A DNA stretch of 64,000 nucleotides. Origin: Octopus vulgaris. Lineage: Eukaryota. A program made the position numbers and the translations under genes. This document shows, piece by piece, positions 40,733 to 55,029 of this stretch. Under the pieces are notes generated by a model. It searched no databases and was not told where the DNA came from. It saw only the letters and a list, made by a program, of their open reading frames with translations. The DNA lies in the NCBI GenBank assembly GCA_951406725.2, contig OX597816.1, forward strand, positions 64,666,001 to 64,730,000. The letters are read 5' to 3'. How positions within the stretch are numbered: position 1 is the stretch's first letter; every line of letters starts with the position of its first letter.

Positions 40733-41460
40733 TACAGGGTGCATAAGATATTTGCAGAGAAATGCAACTTGATATTGGTGATACGTTTCCATCTTCAGTC
40801 TCTACCTCATTACAAACTTCGTAGACGAAGGATCTGGCAACTTTTAAAACTTGAGATATTTCTAAAAAAAACAAAAAACAAACAGATATATCATAACAGA
40901 TAATAACTTTATCAAATAATACTATGAGGATAAAAATAAACCTTCTTTTCTATTATGTTATTCAATAAAGCCATCTTCAGCTTCAACAGTTGTGTCTATA
41001 TAAGATCTAGATCAACTACATGCTTGAATTAAGTGATCCTAGTACATTTTAGACATTACTCTGGATATAGCAGCTTTCAAAGAGCCTTTGGTTTTATGGG
41101 CGTGTTCATTGACCTCTCTCTTAACAACGCTCCACATGTAATAGTCCAATGGATTGAGATCTGGGGAATTAGGAGGCTAAATGTTAGGAGCTATGTGACC
41201 ATGAAAATTTTCAGCCATCCATTCCTATGTTACTAGAGCCATGTGTGATAGTGCAGAATCTTACTGAAACACATATGGCCTTCCATTGCATACACTGTCT
41301 ACCCAGGACTTAACAATTGTTTCCAGGGCCTCAATGTAGGCGGCAGAGTTAACTCTAAGGTCTTATGGAAAGAAGTAAGGAGGCACCACATGTCCTTCAT
41401 TGCTGACAACCCCTACAACCATGACAGTTGCAGGAAATTTTATTACTCCACAACTCATAG
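40733..41460 (-). mobile_element. maT/DD37D-like (Tc1/mariner superfamily) transposase remnant
   Basis: Minus strand KFPATVMVVGVVSNEGHVVPPYFFP..YVFQ*DSA..PPNSPDLNPLDYYMWS; TA-CAGGGTG end at 40733. Confidence 0.8.
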
Positions 41461-41986
41461 TATTCACTCCGAAAAAGACACACAATGCACATACACACAA
41501 CACACCTGAACACAGACAATATACATACGCACACATCACGCATAAACACATACACTTTCATACATAAAGATACACAATACACATGCAAAATCTAGGATCA
41601 CATACACACACTCACTCGTGCACTAAGACACATACATATTTCATGCACTGACACACATACACAGACACACACACAAGCACACGCAGGCACACGTGCACAC
41701 ACCACTCGATCAACGATATAGACAAGCGTAGGCACACAAACACACACACAATAACCTCGCACGCTTACTATACACAGCATCACGCACATATACACAAGTC
41801 CATACGCAGCCACCCACACCTACAAATACACGCAACGTACATCACTCCATACATTGCATGCACCATGTTACATATGCATATGCTCCCATATGCACAGACA
41901 CCCCCACAAAATTTTAAGGTCACCCACACATACGTTCACAGTCAATTGCTTCCATTCACACATACACACTCACACAAACTATTCAT

Positions 41987-42258
41987 ATTTCTTCAATGCC
42001 CACAAAGGGCTACGAAATACCTATTTCTATTTCTTTACTACCCACAAGGGGCTAAACACAGAGAGGACAATCAAGGACAGACAAACGGATTAAGTCGATT
42101 ATATCGATCCCAGTGCGTAACTGGTACTTATTTAATAGACCCTGAAAGGATGAAAGGCAAAGTCGACCTCGGCAGAACTTGAACTTAGAACGTAGCGGCA
42201 GACGAAATACCGCTAAGCATTTCACCCGCCGTCCTAACGTTCCTGCCAGCTCGCCGCG
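41987..42258 (-). mobile_element. SINE family B with remnant of a second unit
   Basis: Family B sequence plus the multimer junction ACGAAATACCTATTTC. Confidence 0.8.
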
Positions 42259-42461
42259 TTTAACTATTCTTTAACTATTCACACAAACTATTCTTACATG
42301 CACATACTCGCTTCAGCATCCTAGCTCAGCCAGTCCACCGTTATTATCTCCCATTTACTCAGCCTCTGTCTTCCGGTCATTTCATTTCGTTGAACCGTTA
42401 ATCCCAACACATTTCCTTCTCTTTCTATTTCTTTCGTTTCCTCTCCATTTTCATTTCAATC

Positions 42462-42497
42462 CTTTCTGTCGAAGAGCATAAGCTCGAAAGGTCAAAA
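42462..42497 (+). ncRNA. hammerhead motif with CUGUCGA core (decayed)
   Basis: cttt-CTGTCGA-a-gagc ataa gctc-GAAA-gg-TC-aaaa. Confidence 0.5.
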
Positions 42498-42551
42498 ATT
42501 CCCGAGTGTCAAACTATTACACCTGCTTCGTTTGTTTTCTGTAGATTTCAT

Positions 42552-42585
<34 letters not shown>

Positions 42586-42626
42586 ATATACATATATGTA
42601 TATATATTTATGTATATGTATATATA

Positions 42627-42694
<68 letters not shown>

Positions 42695-43910
42695 CTTATA
42701 TATACATATATATATATGCAATATATGTACAAACGTGTGAGTACACACTCACACACACGCAAAAAACGCACACACACATATACCTATATACTGTATACTA
42801 CTTTCTAACGAATATTAGAACAGCTTCCAAGAGTAAGTCCACCTGATTTCCATATGCATCACATATAATCATATTCTTTTATGGGAATCAGTTCTTAATT
42901 ATTCCGTGCCCTTATCGCGATTTCATAATTCTAACTTATTCATATTTTCTTTTTAATTTTAATTTTTTTTTTATTTTTATTACAGCAAGGAAATATCTGT
43001 CAGTTCTTTAAGGAAGATGTTATTCATCAAAACATATTACACGTAAAAGAAATAGCCTCATATATCGCTAACATGGAAAAAAATTTTCTTATGTAATTCT
43101 TTTCTGTTTGTTTTTTTTTATTTTATCTTTTTTTTTTTCTGGCTGCCTTGCTGTAACGGTTGATATCAGCTTGAATTTTTATGTTTTCCTTTCATATTAT
43201 TCACATTCTGCATTACTGCAAAATTGTAAAGTTCTTGTTGCTGTTGTTGTTGTTGCTGCTGCTGCCGCTGCCGCTGCTGCTTCTATTGCGTTTTATATGT
43301 TTTTTTTTTTATTTTCTGGATTTATCTCTATTTTTATATTTTATATAACATTTTCCTGTTTCCTAAATTTTTTTTTCTGCTACATCTTCATATCAGATTC
43401 TGCTATTCTATAAATGTCTTATTTCCTTGATATGACGAAGGCAATTTTCGTTACAAGGTGCCATTTCTTTTGGTATATCTTGCAGCTCATATCTAAAAAA
43501 AAAATTTAAAAAACTCCTTTAATATATGCTAAGGCTATTGTTTTTCGTGTCCGGGGTGTTGTTGTTGTGGTCAGTGTAGTTGATGAGGATGTTGTGGACT
43601 ATGATGATGATTGTTATGATGATGATCATCATTATCATCATCTTCATCATCATCATCACCTTTGTCAGTATGATGCTATTCACCACGATGAGGTCGACAA
43701 CAATAATGCCGCGTCTTCTATAATCGGTTAAATGAAAATACTCTTTCCTTGGCTTGAGGAATGGCAAACAATACAGATGTGACGTACTGCAACATGCTGT
43801 CAAGAATGTTTGAACTTGCTTCCATCTCTTAACCGAAACTGAACTCTAGTGTTCTACATTTATTGCAAAAGAAATATGACTTCATTATGACATTTATCTG
43901 AAGAAGGATA

Positions 43911-45166
43911 TATCAGGTCATCCCATAAGTTCTATCCGATTTACCTTTTTTTTAAAATTGAATGAAATTTAATAGTTATTCTTGCAACATGTGGCTTTGC
44001 GTTATCGTGGAGCAGAATTGGACCATACCGATTCACCAATGCCGGTCTCATTTCTTACAAGTGATCATGCATTTCAGCGAGTTGATTGCAGTAAACCTCT
44101 GCTATAATGCTCTGATTGGTTTCCAGAAAGCTGTAATGGACAACACCAATTGCAGACCACCAGACACTCACCCTAATCTTTTGCTGATGCAACTTTGGCT
44201 TTGGGAAATGTCTGGGGGACTCATCACGATCAAGCCATTGACCTGATATTTTACGGTTAACATAAAGGATACACTTTTCTTTTTCTTTACTACCCACAAG
44301 GGGATAAACACAGAGAGGACAAAAAAGGACAGACAAACGGATTAAGTCGATTACATTGATCTCAGTGCATAACTGGTACTTAATTTATCGACCCCGAAAG
44401 AATGAAAGGCAAAGTCGACCTCGGCGGAATATGAACTCAGAACGTGACGGCAGACGAAATACAGCTACGCATTTCGCCCGGCGTACTAACGTCTCTGCCA
44501 GCTCGCCGCCTTATCAAGGATACACTTTTCGTCACAAGTGACTATTCGGTCAAGAATAGAATCATTGTTATTTCGCAGAAAGAGCATCGAGCACACTTCA
44601 AAACGCCGAACGTTTTGATTTTCATTGAGCTCATGCAGTACAGATTTATCGTGATTTTTCACCTTAACAAGCTTTTGCAGATTGCTTGAGACCGTTGCAA
44701 TACCGACACCAATTGCCTGAGAATTTCTCTGACACTTTGACGTTGGTGTTGTCCAACATTTGTTTTCAATTGTTCATTGTCAAGACTGCATGACCGTCCT
44801 CTACCCTCTTCATCTTCAAGGCTTTCATCACTACTACGAAATATCTGAAACCACTTGTTAGATCACTTGTGGACCCCTCTCCCCATGCTATGTTGATATT
44901 GGCAGCAGTTTGGGAGGCATTGTGCCCAAGCTTGCACTCTTGCAAGAAAAGTTAGTGAAGGCCCTTTTTTGTCATGCTCATAATTAAGGGCACCCGTGCT
45001 TCAAGAATGATTTCTGTCTGAAATAAGTAGAAAATTATTTAAGAACATATATCAATTATTAAGTATGTTGAAATTCACCTAAAATATAATTAAAATACTA
45101 TGATAAAATTGCGTGTTTCAAAACACAAACACCTAGAGCAGCAATTATTTTCGGAACTACCTAATA
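43911..45166 (-). mobile_element. degraded mariner, interrupted by a SINE
   Basis: TIR TATCAGGTCATCCCATAAGTTCT as at 55084; minus strand KPKLHQQKIRVSVWW..RPALVNR..LLHDNAKPH. Confidence 0.85.
44280..44511 (-). mobile_element. SINE family B nested in the mariner
   Basis: TSD AAGGATACACTTTTC at 44265-44279 and 44516-44530. Confidence 0.9.
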
Positions 45167-45966
45167 GATAGTAAATGTAAAACAGCTACGTGTTAAAGGT
45201 GAGAATATTACAATATATACGGATACGTGAGCAGAATGTCGCAGAAAACAATTGCAAAATGGAATCCCCAAGCCGAGGCGACCAACAGGTGGCCCAGTGG
45301 TAGGCCAAGAATGAGATAGTTAATGATATTCATAGTCTCAGTTGCTGATGACTGCTTCTGACAGGACCCTGTGGAGGAATGCCTGAGGGATTTACAAGCA
45401 AAGCTACCAACATATAGCGGTCGGAGATGATGGATGAAAATATTATAATCAGCAAAAATAAACCAAGATATATATTCGAAAGTAAATAACACTGAAAGAT
45501 GCTGATCGTTAATGGAATTCAGAAGTGGCATCTAATATCCATGAAATTTATGCTCACCGAAACCAAAATTCTTCTAATTTTCTACTGCCACTAGACTATA
45601 GAACACTATCATGAGGTTCACTTTCCTACAAAATAGATGACAATTTTTCTAAACAATACTCTCTACAGAACCAGAAATTACTGCAGCCCTCGTCGGGTAA
45701 GTTCTACAAATATGAAGCACTGTGACTTTCACTAACACATGTATAGGCAGCCACATGCAAACACTAGTATCCAATTTACTATAAATTAATATTTAGTGCT
45801 TCTTATTTGTGTCTATTGTACAGAGGAATTTGAGAGGATGTTGGTCTCTGATAATTATTCTCAATCTGATGCCACGTCTCCTGAATGTCTCAGAAATCTC
45901 GAAATAAAGCATTATAACCTTAATTTATGATAGACGGACATATATATACGTAAATGAATCTATATA

Positions 45967-46247
45967 GACATCTATATAAGTATATGTATCTAAGCATATA
46001 TTTATATATATACAAATAAATAATGTTCTCATAAAATAAACACTATACACACTTGCAATTATACATATAAACGCACATGCATACTTGCACACATACCCAC
46101 ATACATACACCATGTGATCGGCCTTCACAGTAACAGTTATCGACATTGCGATAATTAGTTACTCACCCTAATCAGTAAGCCACGAATCTTCACACAGACA
46201 CCCTGACACACGCATACGCACGCACACACATACACACACAAATAGAT

Positions 46248-46279
<32 letters not shown>

Positions 46280-46452
46280 GACATCTATATAAGTACATGT
46301 ATATAAGCATATATTTATATATACACATATGTATAATGTTCTCATAAAATAAACACTATATACACATGCACATATGCATATAAACGCGCGTGCATGCTTA
46401 AACACATACCCACATACATACACCATGTGACGGCTTTCACAGCAACAGTTAT
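45967..46452. repeat. local direct duplication of about 175 bp (45967-46140 and 46280-46452)
   Basis: GACATCTATATAAGTA..CACCATGTGA..TTCACAG(T/C)AACAGTTAT occurs twice. Confidence 0.85.
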
Positions 46453-47542
46453 TTTAAATCTGCTAACTACAATTTAATTAAATAAGTAAACATACTTATA
46501 GAAGAATAATTATGTACACACTCAACTTTCAATATATATATATTTGTCTGTGTGTGTGTGTGCGTGTGTGTGCGTGAGTGTATCTGTATGCATGCATGTA
46601 TGTATGTTTGTATGTATGTTTGTATGTATGTATGTATGCACGTATAGAACGAGCATGTTCCATATATTTTGAACAAAGCAGCTTCAACGGAGACCACCAT
46701 TGGCTACAGAACCCCAAAGAAAGCCATCCTGCCGGGCAGCCATATCACAAAGACAGATAAGTTATTAACCATTAAACATGTACATACATAAGCACATTTA
46801 AGGTAAGTGACTTAAAAATACTAATTGCCCTATTTACAGTTACTCCATATCAACTCCATTACCGCCCTTCAACGTGAACAATAAATGATCTTTCACTTCA
46901 GAACAACCCAACCCCACGGATTAAAGAGAACAGACAAACGATCATCAACATACATACGTTCATATAAACACACTACAATTTTCAAGTCGTAACAGTTGAA
47001 GACAGAGAACCATATGATTTCAGTGTACACACCACAGTGCAATACATCTCACTCACATTCACACCAATTAACAATCATACACGCGTAACACACATATACA
47101 CACTTCACAGCATCACACAGACATCACACTTACCAACTACATCCCTTTACCAACGCTGTCTTGTACAAAACTTTCCCACTATTTCTTCCACTTCTGATCA
47201 CTATTCACTTTATAGCATGCCACGAATTTTTACAATGAGTGCTGTTTATTTCCACGGAATATTTTCTGTCTTTCCTGGCCTTTCTATGCGCCATTCTTCT
47301 GTTATTGTTTCAAGAAGTACGCCATGACAAAAAAAAAAAGAAAAAAAAAATTCCCGTTATTGTTCCTTCAAGCATCGAAATAATATTACAAACTTTGGCA
47401 TTGTATTCATGTGCCAAGAATAAATTAATGAATGAATAAGAATAAAGGATAAACTATCTTACTGATTATTTCCTTTCGGTAATGAAAGAGGGAAGGCGTT
47501 ATATTTGAAATCGCATTGTCATGATATATATATACACACACT

Positions 47543-47607
<65 letters not shown>

Positions 47608-48343
47608 TACCTATATGTGTGTGAGTGCATGTGTATGCGTGTGTATCTGTGTCTGTGTGAAGATTCGTTGCCTGCTATTAGAGTGAGTTACTAACTATCG
47701 CAAGGTTGAGGTTTCGATCGCAGGCGAGCGGTATTTTATGCTCGTAGGCTCTGTAGTAAAACACTTGATTTCACTTTGCTCTGGTCTTCTGACTTGTAAA
47801 CGGGTAACCCCAACAGCGGTCAATAAATGCTTTAATTTTCACCTTCCAAATACAAACAGGGTAAATATTCTGAATAACATCAACAAGTAAAGAACCTTAC
47901 CAACGAATTAAATGTACCACCTACTTACATTCTTGTGTGTACACTTAGAAATTTCATTACAAATATGACACGCGCAATTTTATATGCTGAACTAAAATTT
48001 GAACTTACGTTCTCAAATGAGTTAATCTAATAAAACCAAAAATAAATAAAGCCATTGACATATCCGCTGGCCACAAAAACTTAATCTATTTATAAACCTG
48101 AGTAACTTTGCAGTTACTGGATCGAGTAACTGCAAAGTTCTCAATAGTTCGGCTTAGGTATTCTCTTTTTCTCTGATCTTCAGCTTTATGTTAACATTGC
48201 TGGGCAGCTGATTTCCACAACTGCATAGTTTCTCTTCTGTGTCCAAAATCATTATATCAGGTCTGTTGTGCTTACATTTAATTGAGGTCTTCACTGGAAC
48301 ATCCCATTAGTACTCCTTTTTATTATGTGTGGCTACGGTTTCT

Positions 48344-48540
48344 TATTTCTTTACTGCCCACAAGGCGCTACACATAGAAGGGACAAACAAGGACAGACAA
48401 ACAGATTAAGTGGATTACATCGACATCAGTGTGCAACTGGTACTTAATTACCGAAAGGGTGAAAGGCAAAGTCGACCTCGGCGGAATTTGAACTCAGAAC
48501 GTAGCGGAAGACGAAATACCGCTAAGCATTTCAGCCGGCC
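48344..48540 (-). mobile_element. SINE family B, partly deleted
   Basis: TSD ATGTGTGGCTA(C/T)GGTTTCT. Confidence 0.8.
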
Positions 48541-48559
48541 TTCATGTGTGGCTATGGTT

Positions 48560-50130
48560 TCTATCATACTATGGATTCTTATTGCTTTGTCCTCGGGATT
48601 ATCCTTCCGACGGAATACATTACAGAGTGCCTTATCGACAGTATCATGTCTCATCGGTAGATAATATCGTGATGACATTTTCAGACAACTGCTTATGATG
48701 TGTGTGATACTTTCAGTGTTAACTCCACAAAGTCTGCATCGGTTGCCACATTTTACTGCTTTTCACACATCTCTATCCTTTTTGTGCATAAGGTATTTGG
48801 TTGATATTTCCTGTTTCTGGATTGCAAAATCATACCCGTCAAAGTGGGCGGTAATAATCCGGTTATTGGTCCACGATAGACTGCTCTAATAATCAATATT
48901 ACTATCATCTCGGAGCTTTCTACCAACATATATATGCATTGTCTTCTGCTCATTATACGCTCATTGTTTCAGCTGATGATATGTTTCGGTAGAGTCGTGC
49001 GACTACTTTGGACATGTATTAAGTTTATCAAACTAGAAACGCTGTTCAGGGAGTTACCTTCCAAGTTTATGATATTATCAGACTCATGTATGCAAACTTG
49101 GTCAAAGGATGCACTTTCACACTTGCTGGTTAAAAGATGTTGCCGAAGGGATATGATACGACATTCAAAGCCATTTTTGATCGATGTTAAGCCTTGTTTT
49201 CGTTTTAGGCAGAGGTGGTCTACCTCACTGTTTATGTGAAAATTATGTATGCTTTTTGGCATTTTCCTGGTTTTCACATCATTCGTTCGGATCTCATATA
49301 AAGTCCAGTCAAACAGCCCAAATGTTGGTATGAGTACTGGCATTGCAAACACATTGTCGGCTACTGTTTTATTGAATGCAGGGAGTTCTGAGGTCCAAAT
49401 TGTCTTTATTCGGTTGTAATATTCTTTAGTGACACGTGTTTTATTATAGATGCTATTGTAAGATATGTTTTCATCCTCCCCTAGATACCTGTAACATTCC
49501 TCGTCAAATATAGGGGAAACAGTCAAATCATTGATGGAGATGTTACTAATCTGGTTTATAGTTTTCCCCCTTTTCATAACCATATAACAGGTATCCTGAC
49601 CAAAGTCCAACTCTACATCCTTTGAGAAAGTTGAAACTAGATCAGGGCTCTTTTTCCATCTGTGCATATTCTATGCATAAAGTTTCAAATCATCTACAAA
49701 GAAACAGTGTGTAATTTTGATATCCTTGTTTCCTTCTGGACCAGTGAGATATCCTTCAAACTACCTTAAGATGAATGACGAAGGGTTTACAGAAAGAGAG
49801 GTTGTCCGTTTGGAATATGCCTTTGTGATACTGTATTCTATCAGTGATAGTACAGTCATCCTTTGTGCTTAATTTCGAGATGGTGGCCCACGATGAAGTC
49901 AGGTCAGCTGTAGCTTTGACTACGCCCAGTGGAACTTTATCAAGTTGAAGGGCATCTATCATCCACGGGTGGGGAACAGAGTCAAGTGCCTTCTTGTAGT
50001 CTAACCACATTGAAACTAAGCTTCTCCTATGCTCTCGCACCTCTGACGTCACAGTTTTGTTGATTAAAAATTGCTTGGCACATCCCCAGACACCCTTCTT
50101 CCCAGCTACTTGTTCTGCTGTGATGTTGTT
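48560..50130 (-). pseudogene. degraded R4/Dong-clade reverse transcriptase
   Basis: EQ.AGKKG.WGC..QFLIN, WLDYKKALDSVPH, KGIFQTDNLS, HCFFVDDLKLYA, YRYLG; frameshifts and stops. Confidence 0.85.
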
Positions 50131-50527
50131 ATATAGGTATGTATGTATGTGTGTATGTATGTATGTATGTATGTATGTATGTATGTATTTCTGTGTGTGT
50201 GAGAGAGAGAGCGAGTGATTTTGATTATGCGCAGTTGGCAACTGTCTTGTATGTTTCTGTGTACTTCTTACACAACCTTACTAAAAATGGTTACACCTAA
50301 AGGCTAATATATTCATAGGCAGCATATAATACCCGTACAACAATCAGAAGTTATATGAATTATCTTTTATTCACTTTTCGTTGATACAAGTATGCTTTGG
50401 CACTGCGGAGGTACAAATACAGTCTTCTTTTATGTGTCAACACTCAAGTTGTCGTATATATATATAGTCCCTTAAACCAACATGTGAATACACATACAAT
50501 ACATTTATATATCTACATATATGAATA

Positions 50528-51638
50528 TACGAGATGGTATCAAAATAAAAACAACTTCTTTTCTTTTTTGTTTTTCTTTTACTTGTTTTAGCCATTTGAC
50601 TGCGGCCACGCTGGAACACCGCCTTTAGTCGAACAAATCGACACCAGGACTTATTCTTTGTAGGCCTAGTACTTATTCTGTCGGTCTCTTATGCCGAACC
50701 GCTAAATTGCGGGGACGTAAACACACCACCATCGGCTGTCAAGAAATGGTGCGGGGTCAAACAGAAACACAAATAAACACACGTACACACACACACATAT
50801 ATATATACATATATACGACGGGATTCTTTCAGTTTCCGTCTACCAAATCCACTCAGAAGGCTTTGGTCGGTCCGAGGCTATAGTAGCCACTTGCCCAAGG
50901 TGCCACGCAGTGGAACTGAACCCAGAACCATGTGGTTACTTATGTTTTAACACCATTTCCTTCGAAATAGTCACCTTGTGCAGTAACACACCGGCCCCGG
51001 CGTTCCCATCACTTTTGGAATCCGACTTGGAAGCTTTTTTTCGTAAACCAATCGAGTACCGTCTGTGATTCGCTCTGGATCTCGTCAACGGTGTTAAAAC
51101 TTAAGACCTTTGTGTAGCATTTTCATCTTCAAGAAGATATGGAAGTCCACGGGTGGTAAATCTGGCGAATAGGGTGGGTGCAGAAGTGAGGCCATGTTAT
51201 TTTTGATAAGAAACTCACGAGTGAAAAAGTTTCGGTTTAGGATTCGATTTTCCACGCCCCACAGATCCGGTCCCTTTCGTGACTGTCCTCCGTCAAATGC
51301 TTCAAAGAATCGCAGTAGAACTCACGATCAATTGACGGTCTGATCCTGAAGACGAATTCTTGATCCACAATATCACATTTCGGGAGTGACGCTCTGGGTA
51401 GGTCCTCCAGATCGCTCATCGTCTTCAAGGGTCGTTGTTCCGCTTTTGAAGCGGCCGTGTCGTGACCCATTGTCTATTCACTGTAAGCTTGCCGAAGCAT
51501 GCACACTGTTTATGTAACATACCTCACAAGGCACACTGTCTCATGAAGGTTTTTGATAGCTCTCACTGCGCACGCAACCATGTGCTGCCATCAGTTGCCA
51601 CGCTAAGGAACTAGTTCACGAGCCTTTTGACACCACCT

Positions 51639-51642
<4 letters not shown>
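50528..51642 (-). mobile_element. degraded mariner, interrupted by a SINE
   Basis: Ends TACGAGATGGTATCAAAA / TTTTGACACCACCTCG; minus-strand remnants such as LEDLPR..IVDQEFV..IDREFY and the C-terminal GDYFEG. Confidence 0.7.
50565..50937 (-). mobile_element. SINE family C
   Basis: Same family as 10217-10582. Confidence 0.85.
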
Positions 51643-51674
<32 letters not shown>

Positions 51675-52385
51675 TAATTCTTTCATGGAAGAGCTGATCC
51701 CGGAGCATATCAAACTATTAATAATAGGGATATTGCGTTAAAAATTATTTGGGGTCGAAAAATAAAGGTTCAAAGTGTGTGGGGTATTTGAAAACCTACC
51801 TCTTATGAAGTAGGATTTACAAAGTCGTTTTAAAAAAAACTTATTCTTACCGGTGAGAATTGTGCACTACTGAAATCATAAGAATTTAGACACTTCGAGT
51901 GAACATCAACTAAATATCGTTTCCATCATTGGCCCCCGAAGCACATGAAGTAGATAGATAGATATATATGCTGAGTAGTTAGATTTCCCGGTCTCTTTAG
52001 ATCATTAGTGTAAAGATAACTTAATGCTGTTATATAACAAACAGGTATATGCAAATACATTTACGTAAGCAAAATCCTCTATATAGCTGTTGGGTATAAT
52101 TATTTTGCAGAAATGTGATATCAAACGGAAACTGATGAAGAATGCTATTTTGAAATCACTAATTTCGTTCCCGGTTTCGCGTGGACGATTATGATAAACC
52201 CTCACGATTCATCCCACAGCAATAAAACATGCACACGCGCGCATGTTAATACGCATACATATATGTGTCCATATATGTATATATATATATGTATATAAGT
52301 ATACATATATATATATATATACATATATGTATATATATGTATATATATATGTATATGTATGTATGTTTATATCTATCTATCTATC

Positions 52386-52422
<37 letters not shown>

Positions 52423-52622
52423 GTTATATATATATATATATATATACATATGTATATATATACGTGTGTGTGTGTGTGTGTGTATATATGAATAAGCGGA
52501 GGTATGAGTGTATGGTAAGAATCTTTCTTCCCACACAAATGGTTCCGTGTTCTGTCTTCTACTAGACCAAAGACTTGTGAGTGGGTTTTGGGGCTTTCTA
52601 GACGGAAACTCAACGATGGCGT

Positions 52623-52678
<56 letters not shown>

Positions 52679-52711
52679 TATAAATATATATATATATATA
52701 AATATATATAT

Positions 52712-52751
<40 letters not shown>

Positions 52752-52775
52752 CAATATATATATATATATACACAT

Positions 52776-54784
52776 ATGCCTGCAACTCTCCCATGAAAAG
52801 GAAAGAGCAGACAAAGAAGCCTGGGCTATATACAACATAAAATCTAACCCCAGAGCTTTCTACAGGTATGCCAAAGAAACAGCTACGGTGCACTGTAGAA
52901 TAGGGCCACTCCTCGAAAAGGATGGCACACTTACAGGAAAACCAATGAGGGTAAGTGAAATACTGAATGAGCAATTCAAGAGTGTTTTCACTCCACCCCT
53001 TGGGCATCTCCAAATCACCAATCCAACTGACTTTTTTACCACTGCAGATATAAAATCAGAGGCGGCGACGATAGATTACATCGATATAAAGGAAGACGAT
53101 GTAATCAAGGCTATAGATGAAATGAAAACAGACTCAGCTACTGGCCCCGATGGATTCCCGGCAATCCTCCTAAAAGCATGTAAGAGAGTCCTAGCAAGAC
53201 CACTGCAGTTCCTCTTTCAGAGCTTTCTTGCAGCTGGCAAACTTCCAAGAAAACTGAAGGAAGGTAAAATATGCCCCATTCATAAAGGAGGTAGCAGAGC
53301 GGAAGCCAAGAATTATAGACCTATCTCTCTGACCTCACACATCAGCAAGGTCATGGAACGAATAGTCAGAAGGAAGCTGATCACCTTCCTTGAAGAAAAT
53401 GACTTGCTGCCCGACACCCAACATGGTTTCCGACCAGGGAGAAGCTGCTTAACTCAGCTCCTACAACACTATGACTGGGTGCTGAAACGGCTGCTCAACC
53501 ACTCAAATGTGGAAGTGATATATCTCGACTTTGCAAAGGCCTTTGATAAAGTCGATCATGGAATGATATGTCACAAACTGTGTGATCTCAACATAGTTGG
53601 AAAACTGGGAGAATGGCTTCATGACTTTCTGAAAGATAGAAGTCAGGTGGTAGTGGCCAATGGAGCCACTTCCATTAACACGCAAATAGTGAGCGGTGTT
53701 CCGCAGGGCACTGTTCTGGGACCACTACTGTTCATAATGGCCCTCTCAAACATGCCCTCAGCCACGCAGAGAGCCACGATCACAAGTTATGCAGATGATA
53801 CAAAAGTTTCACAGGCAATACAGAACCCTGAGGACACTAAACACCTGCAATGTGAGCTGGACAAAATATACAAGTGGGCCGAAAAGAATAGCATGCAGTT
53901 CAATGCTGAAAAGTTTCAAGCTCTATACTATCAGCATGCAAAACTAAATGCAATACCCAATGAATACACTGGACCCGGAGGAATAGCAATCCCAGAGGCA
54001 CAATCAGTGCGTGACCTGGGTATTTACATGAGTGATGACGCGACCTTTCGTGTACATGTTGCTAAATTGGCAATGAAATGTAGACGACTGGCCGGATGGA
54101 TCCTCAGAACCTTTAGAACAAGAGAACAAGAAACCATGATGGTCCCCTGGAGGACACTTGTCCTAAGCCACTTTGACTACTGCTCTCAGTTATGGTCACC
54201 ATCCAGTGTCAAGTTGATCACAGAGCTCGAGGCGATCCAACGTAGCTACACGAAGAAGATAGCCTCTATGCAGAATGTAAGCTACTGGGAAAGACTCAAG
54301 AGATTAAAATTATATTCCCTGGAGCGTAGGCGGGAAAGATATGCCATAATATACATCTGGAAGATCCTGGAGGGAAGTGTCCTGAACTTTGGCATCGAGA
54401 GTTACGCAAATGCCAGAACTGGGCGCCACTGCGTGGTGCCTAGGACTCCAAACTTGCCATCAAGATGTAGGACAAGATTCTGTGATAGCCTGGGCTTCCG
54501 AGGCCCACAGCTCTTCAATATCCTCCCGAAGAACCTGAGAGACCTGCATGGGGTGGATACAGATGTCTTTAAAATGAAGCTGGATCTCTTCCTGTCAGGT
54601 GTCCCAGATGAACCAACTTCACGGCAGGAGGGGCAGATGAGGGCAGCTGCATCGAACTCTCTCATGCACCAAATAGCAGTTGCTAGAAAGCCTTCATGAA
54701 GTGAAACCAAGTAGCAACACCAAATGGCGGTGCCCCAGCATGGCCACAGCTCATAAGCTGAAACTAGAATCAATCAATCAATCA

Positions 54785-54785
<1 letters not shown>
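52776..54785 (+). mobile_element. 5'-truncated CR1-clade LINE with (ATCA)n tail, in (TA)n
   Basis: RT ORF, short 3' UTR GGTGCCCCAGCATGGCCACAG..CTGAAAC, tandem tail. Confidence 0.9.
52888..54699 (+). CDS. CR1-clade ORF2 reverse transcriptase (endonuclease domain lost by truncation)
   Basis: GPDG, NYRPISLTS, QHGFR, YLDFAKAFDKVDH, SGVPQGTVLGP, YADD, DLG, LYSLERRRER; 603 aa without stops. Confidence 0.93.
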   Translation: MHCRIGPLLEKDGTLTGKPMRVSEILNEQFKSVFTPPLGHLQITNPTDFFTTADIKSEAATIDYIDIKEDDVIKAIDEMKTDSATGPDGFPAILLKACKRVLARPLQFLFQSFLAAGKLPRKLKEGKICPIHKGGSRAEAKNYRPISLTSHISKVMERIVRRKLITFLEENDLLPDTQHGFRPGRSCLTQLLQHYDWVLKRLLNHSNVEVIYLDFAKAFDKVDHGMICHKLCDLNIVGKLGEWLHDFLKDRSQVVVANGATSINTQIVSGVPQGTVLGPLLFIMALSNMPSATQRATITSYADDTKVSQAIQNPEDTKHLQCELDKIYKWAEKNSMQFNAEKFQALYYQHAKLNAIPNEYTGPGGIAIPEAQSVRDLGIYMSDDATFRVHVAKLAMKCRRLAGWILRTFRTREQETMMVPWRTLVLSHFDYCSQLWSPSSVKLITELEAIQRSYTKKIASMQNVSYWERLKRLKLYSLERRRERYAIIYIWKILEGSVLNFGIESYANARTGRHCVVPRTPNLPSRCRTRFCDSLGFRGPQLFNILPKNLRDLHGVDTDVFKMKLDLFLSGVPDEPTSRQEGQMRAAASNSLMHQIAVARKPS

Positions 54786-54861
<76 letters not shown>

Positions 54862-54869
54862 CACATATG

Positions 54870-54916
<47 letters not shown>

Positions 54917-54921
<5 letters not shown>

Positions 54922-55029
54922 CGTAGGCTCGAAACGATAAAGAATTTTTCACTCCCCGAGCGTTATAATATTACATCTGCTTTTTGTGCACATCACCTGT
55001 CTTCGTCTCTTGTTTTTGTGAATTCTCCT

